From Lytechinus pictus (lineage: Eukaryota), in the NCBI RefSeq assembly GCF_037042905.1, contig NC_087245.1, positions 12,216,001 to 12,276,000 on the forward strand: 60,000 nt of DNA. Reading direction: 5' to 3'. This document shows positions 52,001 to 60,000 of this stretch, piece by piece. Position 1 is the stretch's first letter; each line of letters starts with the position of its first letter. The notes beneath the pieces were generated by a model. That model searched no databases, was not told where the DNA came from, and saw nothing but the letters and a program-made list of their open reading frames with translations. A program made the position numbers and the translations under genes.

Positions 52001-55000
52001 TTGACTGGATGAGTTAACCGATTTACAGGTTTCTATCATTTTTCAAACTTAAAACACAATTCATTATTCCTTTTAAATTATTTTCATTGTTTCAAATTTC
52101 CATGCACAAAGCAAAAAAAAAAATCAATTATCAAAAAGTATAAATAAACAGAGGTTAAGTAAAAAACCTTGGTTGTTAGTATCCAAGACATCTCAAATAA
52201 ACCATGGCCATATAAAAAATAAAATAAAGATAATCTCTTGAATAACAATTAAAAAAAACAGGTGCAAGTGTGACATCTGTTTGATTGCTAATAAGGATTA
52301 ACCAACCATCACACCCAACACCTCAAAACATCATACATGAATCATACAATACCTGAGCCTGATGATGACATATTGGGGTTTGGATTTAAATAGTCCGAGA
52401 AGGCAGGGTTGGGGGTAATAGAAGGAGGCAGGTTCATATCACACAGGCAAGTAACATAGTATACCATGCATTTAACCATGTGTTCATGATAGAAAAGATT
52501 TTAGGAAAGGGATATGGAGCATAAAATAAGATGAGGGATAAGGGGAATAAAACATGAAATTGAATTAAATTTATCATTTATGAAATCACTGATAACCATA
52601 TTATCTTGGCAATGCATTTTAGAGCATACCTATACACTCAAATTTTTTTTTCAAATCTCATGTATAAAAAAGAAGGATATTTTGCATTAAGACCATGAGA
52701 CAACAATTTGTCTTGAAAAGCTTGAATATTTGATGAACATTACAGACTGAACAAAGTAATCATCATTTTCATATGTCAAACGAAAAGAATATTGCTGGAG
52801 TAACCCTGTATATAAAGACCAAGCGAGTTAGACATGAAAATCGGTCTGCATATTCAGGTGGTCTTTACTGAAACGTTCTTGTAAATTTTAGCATCAATCA
52901 AGATGTTCCTTACAAATTTAGTATTTTCAGAAAACCATTTGAATCACAGTAATTGCAAAAAATACACGCAGTCTTTTTTCAAGAGACATACTTAAGACAC
53001 AAAACACTGAATATTTTTAAAGTGGAGAAATTCATTTGCAACATATACAAATATATTTTTTAATACAGTACATATAATCACTTCTGCATTTTTAAATGTA
53101 AAATGTCTCTTTCACTGCAAATTTTAATATGGTACTGTGAAATACAATATGTGGCAGATTTTTGTCCAATATAATACAATTATATTAAAAATCATAATTA
53201 TGCCATAGGAGTAAATGAAATATCATCTCTTTCTAATATGTGCAAAAATAAAAATATATTATGTTGCAGCCATATAGAATACATAGTGCATTCAGTTGAA
53301 ACAAGTTGTGGTTTACAGAGTATTTTGGTCAAAAGGTCATACATGTCATATATCCATCTAATGATAAAAACTGTAATATGATACATGTACAGCAAATTTG
53401 TAATATACAGTATTGCCTTTAATGCAACAAACTGCGACGGGAAATAAAGAAATGATTCCTTAAAATTGAACTTGTAATACAATATCCCAGAGTACTGATT
53501 TATCACAATGTCCTGTATTCACACTTTTGAAATTTTGATGTAAACAAAATATTTAACATACAAATATTTTCAAAACCCTCATTCAGAAATATAATCTATG
53601 TTGAAAGGAAATGAAAAGAATAGGGAATCTCTGCATGGTGACTACATGAATACCTACAGTGCAGCCAATAGGGTTTCACTGTGACTTTCTGTAAAGATTA
53701 CAATGCAAAACAGACAAGTCATACCTGAGGATACAAAAGCTGACTGTCCCCATTCTTAGCAAAATCATAAATTAAATTGGAAATCGTTAGTAAGAAAAGA
53801 TAAAGAAAGCTGCAAAATGATTGTTAAAGAAACAGAATAAGTCTTTTAGAGAAAACGACAAGATGAATATTAGTTTGAAGTATTGTTATTAGTAAAGAAA
53901 ACTATCAATGAGCCTTAGAGGAAACATTCTAATTTCATAAAAAAAAATCAAAATATGTTATCAGCCAAGAACAACACAGAATTTAACCGAAGTTGACACT
54001 GTTATTGATAACAAACTTAAACAATTTAATGGTACCACGATACGTTATTAGCAAGGTATCTATTTAGAATGTGTAAAAAAATCAAGAACTATTTGAAAAT
54101 TGTCTGTAAATGTATTCAAGAATTCTTGTGGAGAAGATTGAAACAGCATAGAAGAAGAGTAATGGAGGGTGATTGGAACATAGAGGGGTATTAGAGAGAG
54201 AATAAGAGGGGGAGAAGGGGGAGGGGTGAGGAGACATGATCATATGCAGAAATTTGTCTTCCTAGGGTGAAAAAATATGGACAGTGTTAAAAAATTCAAA
54301 GGTGTGGTTATTTTCTTTAATTATGAATTGAAACATAAGGTGCACTTGGGGTGGACCTTGTGAAAATTTACAATTAAAGAAACTGGTTTTGAAAAAATAA
54401 TGCCCCCTTCCCATCATGACATATAAAACCATACGGGAGAGGGGATAGTGGTGGGTAGAGTGAGGACAAAAATAAGAAGGGGATAGGAGGGGCGAGAAAA
54501 AGGAAGAAAAAAGGAAGAAATGAAGAGGGGGAAAAGAGATATAAGAGGGATACAGATAGGAAAAAATACAAGGGAAGAGATGAAGACACAGAGAGAAAGG
54601 GAAGACAAAAATAGGAAGGACAGAGAGAAGATGAAAGAATACCAACCTTGCTCTGTTGTTCAGCCTGATGACAGATGATTTAGTCACAAAGAGCAGAATT
54701 GAGATGATAATAACAAGCAGGTTGTGATGTGATGCAATATAGGTACATATAAATAGCATAGAAACAATGTGTATGCAAGTAAGAAATTGTTAGAAATAGA
54801 AATACAATAGAGAGAGTATCAAGATCTACATGTATGATGAAAAAGCTTACAAAATTACAGAAAAATGTAATGAAGAGCTAGATATGAATAAAGATGTTAG
54901 GTAGCACAGAAAACAGATATATGACATGAAAAGCAGCAAGTGCATACAAAAGGGAGATTTATAATTAAATGGCTGATGTTAAGCATACAATCAGAGTTAT

Positions 55001-58000
55001 TTAGACACAAAGAATGAATAAAAGGTAAGAGTGCACACTTTAGAGGACTTTAGAGGTTGCAAGGCTGGACCTAAATTATTTTCTTGGATATCTGAAAGGG
55101 TGCTCTTTGGACGTTATTATAGATTAGATCAAAGAATTCAAAGAAATCTTGGGTAAATAGCAATAAAGAAATAAAATAGAGACCAATAGGGAATGATATT
55201 ACCCTTCTTTTCCAATCTCAGTAACCGAGACTTCTTATTCAGTAATACAAGTACAAGTAGGCGTACATCAATCTATCCACTAGGATGAATCATTGTTGGG
55301 AAATCACAGGGAAGTTAATTTACCCTTATTCTAAGACTCTGAATAAGTCAACATTTACATGTAAATGCATTCTTCCTTTTGAATAATATTAAAAACATTT
55401 TACTTTACCAATGAATGATAATGGAATAGGGTTAGAGAATACAGTAGTCAACAGGTTCATGACAAATTTCTATCAGCTTATTCTATGGGTATAAAATCAG
55501 GTGGGTGTTTCATAAAGCTATTCGTAAAGTTACGCACAACTTTACGTACAACTGGGACATTATCTTTGGTGCTAAGTGAGCTATATAGGGATAGTGTGGC
55601 ACAAGAAAGGTCACCAGTCGTGCGTAAAGTCTTGCATAACTTTACAAACAGCTTTATGAACCCACCAGGTGGGTGTTTCATAAAGCTGTTTGTAAGTTAA
55701 GAGCGACTTTAAGAACGACTGGTGATCCTTTCTTACGCGCTAAATAATCACCAATGAACATTTGATGGTGAATATCATTTACCACAAGAAAGGATCACCA
55801 GTCGTTCTTAAAGTCACTCTTAACTTTAATACAAACAGCTTTATGAAACGACCCCCTGGTCAGTGAAGGTATATTATATGATAAATGGGGTATTTCACAC
55901 AGAATTAAGAGTGGCTTGAGGGTCGTACTCATATTCTTAGTTTCACGCAGTAAATAACATTGGTATGCAGTATATCACGCATCTTATTGTTCAGATAAAG
56001 CTAGGATGTACACTACTGCATAATTCTCAATAATAAGATTACATATAAACACCATCTGCACATTGGCTCTACAGCATGACTTAAGTTAAACTTAAGTTTG
56101 TGTGAAACAGCCCCTGACATCACCTATCCATATATCAATTTGTAATCTTTCTGAAAGAGAGAAGACAGACTGACTAAACTGTGCTTTAATTCTTACCTGA
56201 GTAAGAAGAATGTTGTCAAACAAGAGTTTGGTCTCACTCTGATCCTTTGTGATGTCAGCGTTGGCGTGCATGCCAAACACCTCAGGGTGAGGGATGATGG
56301 GAAGGTTCTTGGTGAACGTCAGATAGCTCTCATACTGGATGTCAAACAAAGTATACAAAGCAAAACATAATAAGTTTTCATAGCAAGACATTTTAAAAGA
56401 CAAATAAGATGACAACCAGTACCAATGTTCATGAAAAATGATATCAGTAATAATTGGACATAAGCATAACTTCAAACCTTTTGAACAGGAACTTCCTTTC
56501 AAAAAATTTTATAAAAAGGGGATATTTTCTGTTTTGGTTCATGATATATTAAAAGAGACTGAATCATTATCAATCACAACACTCTCCAGGAGTGGAGAAC
56601 GTGCATACACTATCATATTGTGTGAGGAAAAGTTTAATTGATTCAAATAACATGAGTGATAACAATTTGTAGGTCATGTAGATACACCATTACTGGTTAT
56701 GTCTTGTGAAATATAAAAGACTGATTTTATATACATACAGAATGACAGAATATATCTTCATTATTTTGTTAAAATCATCAAGCAACAAATTATTGTATAG
56801 CTAAATATGAATACTTAAAAAAAAACAGTCCAGGTCGAGACTTACATCGCCAGCAGGAGGGGCATAGTAGGTTCCACTTGAATCAAATTTATAGGACTCA
56901 TCTTCAATCTTAGGAGTGTAGAACTTATCCAGGATGGTGTGGAGGGTACGTCGATCACGATCATCTGTCACACGACCACCATAGTTACACTCACCGGTCA
57001 GGTAGGTCAATGCATCATATGGGATGTCCTAGATGTTTTAATATAAATGTGCAAAGTTGTCATGGGAAGAGTCACAAAGAAAGGGCTAACTGTGTGTAAC
57101 TAACATTGTACTGCCATTGGAGTCTTCATATAAGGCTTGATGAGTTAATACACAAACTGTTTTTGGTTATTACGTATGTATGTAGTACCAACGGAATGTC
57201 TCTTGTGACGGATTGCTTAGTGAGTGTACTGGTATTGAAAGACAAATTATGTATTGCACAATAGATTGTGTTTTGAAAATATCATAATCTTTTGAATAGA
57301 TGATGTTTTGAAAAAAATCATGATATGGGTGGGTTGAAAATCATATTTCACATATTGTCATCTTTCAAATGTTACTCAAGCATATTCCAAATGGCATTTG
57401 AAAGCGTCATGAAATAATGTCATCCTAGAAAATGAAATGAATTAAAGCAAATATTTTCAATTGAAACAAACAAATTGCGACCTCTTAATATCACATTAGA
57501 ATATATGCAACATATTCCCATTGTTTGATATGATAGTGTTTATTCTACAAATATCTATCAGTGTTATGATAATTGCAGGAATGTTAATTCTCTCTTGTCA
57601 AAACTCTAAAGATAAAAATCCTATTTTAATGTAATCTAATAGTTAAAAAATATCTCCAGACAATTCTAAATCCCCAAACAGACTATCGAAGTATAATAAT
57701 AAATAATTGTGACATATTTTTTTATATCAAATTCAAACTCTAATTTTCTTATTTTCAGCTTAGAAGAATCTTTCTACATAAAAAAATCTTACTGGTTGTT
57801 GGCATGCATGAAATCAAATTTATACAATATAAATCAATTGAAAAAAAATCTTGGAAGCTGATATAGTGCTCACCTCATATTCATTAAGGAACATAGCCAG
57901 TTGCCTGACACTGATCCTAAGATCAGTTTCATTGAACTCATAAGGAATGTTCCATCCAAGAGGACCAAACTTACGTCTCTCTTGCACCAAGGCATGGAAG

Positions 58001-59984
58001 AAGCACAGACCATAAAGCATCTTCTTCCATACATGCTGATGATATAGGAAACAAAGATAGAATAGGATTATTAATTCTACTCTTTGACCTTGAAAATACA
58101 TAATTGCATCAAGGGGTTTTGTTTCATACAACTTGTCTATTGATTACAGATTATAGAATCCATACAAATTTGTCAATCAAATGGTGCGAATAACAAGTAA
58201 AGTCATGTGAAAGGGGGACCTAATTTTAAAGGTGCTCTTGCAAACATGGAATAGAGTAGATTTGGTTGAACAGAGATCAGACTCTTCAAAGTAAACAGAC
58301 AAAATTATTGGAGTCCATAGGTTAACAGTGTCAATAGGGGAAAAAAGTTGTGCATAGCTTGGTATCAACAATCTACAATATGAAATAAAATAATGGTAAC
58401 TTTCCAATGGTGGGATCTCTTATCTTGTTCTCTAATCTTTCTAGAATGAACAACTATTAAAGCTTTCACAATTTATTTTCCTTTTAAATCCCCTTCCTTA
58501 TTGAACAAATCCCCTTTTGTTGACTCTTGCTTCTCCGTAATATAAAATTTTGAAAATTTGTTTGTGTTTCCTATAATAACAGGAGTTTTCCCCCTTTTTT
58601 ATACAAAAAAATCCTTATTTCCAAATTTTCCTTCACCGACACCCCGATGCCAAGTGAATGAAAATTTGTTTATAATGGTGGATTTTAATTCATTTTGAGG
58701 GGGGGGTGGGTCTTTAATAGCATAGCTGATATTTTGCAAGATGACGGCTGAAAATTTTGATGAATTGATTTGAGAATCCACAATATATTTTTAAGCATGA
58801 TCACAAAACAATCATAAAGAAATCAACTTCAAGGATAATCGTTAACTAATTTCTTGCCATGTGAATAGAGAGAAGTGTGCTTTGCTTACCTGAGCCTAGA
58901 TATAAGAGGAGGATGCCACAGCATTGCAATAATCAGCATTGTGAGGGGTGGGGTAAACACCACAATCAATAGTGATATACCAGTAGCCAAATAGCAAGAG
59001 TGAGATAAAGAGTGAATGAAAAGAAATGTGGAGAGAAAAATTGTGTACAGGAAAGAGTGTTTGAAGAAAAAAATGCAAGAGAAAGGAAGGGTAAAAAACA
59101 TACATAAAAACAAATCATATGAAAAATCTCAGTAAGTTTTGCAATAAAAAAAATACTACAAACACATTGCTTCAAACAAACACCACAAAAAAGACATTTA
59201 TCCATAGGAGGCTGAAAACCAACCAGCCTCATATTCCCAGTTGAATTAATCACTTGGCAATAGCATCTCTTCTGCTTGATCATTATTTTGGATACTCCCC
59301 CATGGTACGAGTCTATATGATATCATTGTTTTCACAAACTTTTAATTCTGTATTTTTGACAGAGAGAAGATGTGACAACTTTGTGTTTACCAATTTCCCA
59401 ATATTAAGACTTTACAGCAATAACTTAAAATGACATGCTGAATGACATGATTCAAAATCACAACAGAAATTGATACCATGGAGTGGTAGAACCTCCACCA
59501 TCATTCTAAATTCTCACAATACACACACGCAGCAATTGTGTATTTTCTTAAAGCTTAAAAATTGATTTCCTTTTCAAAGACAGTTGGCAACATTGGTATG
59601 ATATACCAATTTAACAAACTTGGGAATTGCAGTTCTCAAGATATCAAAACCAAACAAGCAATGTTTGAAATATACTACTGGCTGAATTTCATGGGTAGAT
59701 TTGTGAATTAAGCAAAACAACACACATTTCGAGAATCAACAAGGCATTTTCACTTCATTTAAGATGCAAAAAGAAGTTCTTACATCAGCCTTGACACTTC
59801 CAAAGAATTCTGGATCTGAGATGGGATCACTGAGGTAAGACTGGATGATGTTAGCTCTGAGACCCTTAGGTGGTTCATTGGTCATCTTGACCCCATTCTG
59901 AAGGACAGCCACAGGAAAGTGAGGGGATGGGTAACTGGTCAGCCATAGACGGAAGTCTGGATGGACCGCCTCTGGGTTCAATTC
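45824..59984 (-). CDS. DNAH7: Axonemal inner-arm dynein heavy chain (DNAH7-like), last 9 constitutive coding exons (AAA6 and C-terminal domain); gene continues beyond the window end
   Basis: Exons 59984-59784, 58035-57874, 57028-56846, 56334-56197, 50745-50515, 50099-49947, 49478-49301, 48713-48610, 46030-45824 join in frame. Motifs [74 protein letters not shown] closely match my recollection of vertebrate DNAH7. Confidence 0.93.
46200..48362 (+). mobile_element. 5'-truncated non-LTR retrotransposon (LINE, probably RTE-X-like), reverse transcriptase region, inactivated
   Basis: ORFs 46361-46930 and 46955-48196 are in the same frame, separated by one TAA at 46928-46930. RT motifs [39 protein letters not shown]. 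Upstream LFWHKLW..RP frame is shifted near 46340. 3' AATAAA then a (TTGAA)n tail at ~48335-48362. The 5' boundary is approximate. Confidence 0.92.
48610..48713 (-). CDS. DNAH7: Dynein heavy chain exon
   Basis: ctttcag|(G)[34 protein letters not shown]|gtaagt; 104 nt. Confidence 0.93.
49301..49478 (-). CDS. DNAH7: Dynein heavy chain exon
   Basis: tttatcag|[33 protein letters not shown]...APED(G)|gtaagc; 178 nt. Confidence 0.93.
49724..49881. mobile_element. PIF/Harbinger-like MITE (dynein intron)
   Basis: gggtcctgtaacacaaagcttagtgat vs atcgctaatctttttgttactgagccc. Confidence 0.6.
49947..50099 (-). CDS. DNAH7: Dynein heavy chain exon
   Basis: ttctctcag|[10 protein letters not shown]...[24 protein letters not shown]|gtaagc; 153 nt. 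Confidence 0.93.
50301..50461. mobile_element. PIF/Harbinger-like MITE (dynein intron)
   Basis: ggggcatttcataaa...ttgtcagac vs tctgacaagtcttttcatgaaatgcttcc. Confidence 0.6.
50515..50745 (-). CDS. DNAH7: Dynein heavy chain exon
   Basis: atttcag|[27 protein letters not shown]...[14 protein letters not shown]...IQKAIK|gtatca; 231 nt, not in the ORF track. Confidence 0.93.
52353..52358 (-). CDS. Candidate 6-nt alternative microexon of dynein (Ala-Gln)
   Basis: atgtcatcatcag|GCTCAG|gtattg, within a phase-0 intron. Confidence 0.35.
53725..53754 (-). CDS. Candidate 30-nt alternative mini-exon of dynein ([10 protein letters not shown])
   Basis: TACTAAC branch point at 53792-53786; first downstream AG is in ttttgctaag; donor CAG|gtatga. 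Confidence 0.45.
54430..54640. repeat. Purine-rich (GA) tract; pyrimidine-rich on the dynein sense strand
   Basis: gggagaggggatag...aaggaagaaaaaaggaagaaatgaagagggggaaaagag. Confidence 0.75.
54647..54664 (-). CDS. Candidate 18-nt alternative microexon of dynein (AEQQSK)
   Basis: tgactaaatcatctgtcatcag|GCTGAACAACAGAGCAAG|gttggt, within a phase-0 intron. Confidence 0.45.
55500..56113. mobile_element. Cluster of three adjacent PIF/Harbinger-like MITEs (55500-55665, 55668-55856, ~55886-56113)
   Basis: GGTGGGTGTTTCATAAAGCT...AGCTTTATGAACCCACC directly abutting a second GGTGGGTGTTTCATAAAGCT...AGCTTTATGAAACGACCCC; third ggggtatttcacacaga...tttgtgtgaaacagcccc. Confidence 0.8.
56197..56334 (-). CDS. 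DNAH7: Dynein heavy chain exon
   Basis: atccag|[46 protein letters not shown]|gtaaga; 138 nt. Confidence 0.93.
56846..57028 (-). CDS. DNAH7: Dynein heavy chain exon
   Basis: catctag|[27 protein letters not shown]...PPAGD|gtaagt; 183 nt. Confidence 0.93.
57874..58035 (-). CDS. DNAH7: Dynein heavy chain exon
   Basis: catcag|[24 protein letters not shown]...FLNEYE|gtgagc; 162 nt. Confidence 0.93.
58890..58895 (-). CDS. Candidate 6-nt alternative microexon of dynein (Ala-Gln)
   Basis: tcctcctcttatatctag|GCTCAG|gtaagc, within a phase-0 intron. Confidence 0.5.
59784..59984 (-). CDS. DNAH7: Dynein heavy chain exon
   Basis: tttctag|[20 protein letters not shown]...FFGSVKAD|gtaaga; 201 nt. Confidence 0.93.
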
Positions 59985-60000
59985 CTAGAAAGGAAACAAA

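Noticed and set aside
53655..53695. Another AG..GT segment in the dynein intron (ctttacag|35 nt|gtattc)
   Set aside because: 35 nt is not frame-preserving and the donor is weak; it also shows that such matches occur by chance.
54262..54759. 165-aa hydrophobic ORF on the minus strand
   Set aside because: Derived from the pyrimidine-rich low-complexity tract; only the 18-nt segment has splice signals.
1..60000. CRISPR array, operon or other prokaryotic/viral system
   Set aside because: No regularly spaced repeat-spacer array and no dense ORF packing; genes have spliceosomal introns, and the only RT is a standard non-LTR retrotransposon.

Overview
AT-rich, intron-containing animal genomic DNA. 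The repeat landscape looks like a marine invertebrate, probably an echinoid (inference). Four protein genes are supported. (1) A class A GPCR with a single coding exon and an NRF motif (9909-10952, +). (2) A 4-coding-exon orphan class A GPCR of 716 aa with a ~400-aa third intracellular loop (27269-20880, -). (3) A complete 5-exon UBE2G2 E2 enzyme, 165 aa (35241-39650, +). (4) The last nine coding exons of an axonemal dynein heavy chain, DNAH7-like (59984-45824, -), convergent with UBE2G2. Intergenic and intronic DNA holds many non-autonomous DNA transposons (MITEs), tRNA-derived SINEs and microsatellites. It also holds a 1.8-kb almost loopless palindromic element and a 5'-truncated LINE inside the last dynein intron. 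The most interesting signals are four candidate in-frame microexons (6, 18, 30 and 6 nt) in the dynein introns, a MITE that supplies the stop codon of the first GPCR, and the 1.8-kb hairpin just downstream of it. No prokaryotic-type system (CRISPR, operon) is present. All exon structures were read by eye from splice signals and reading frame.
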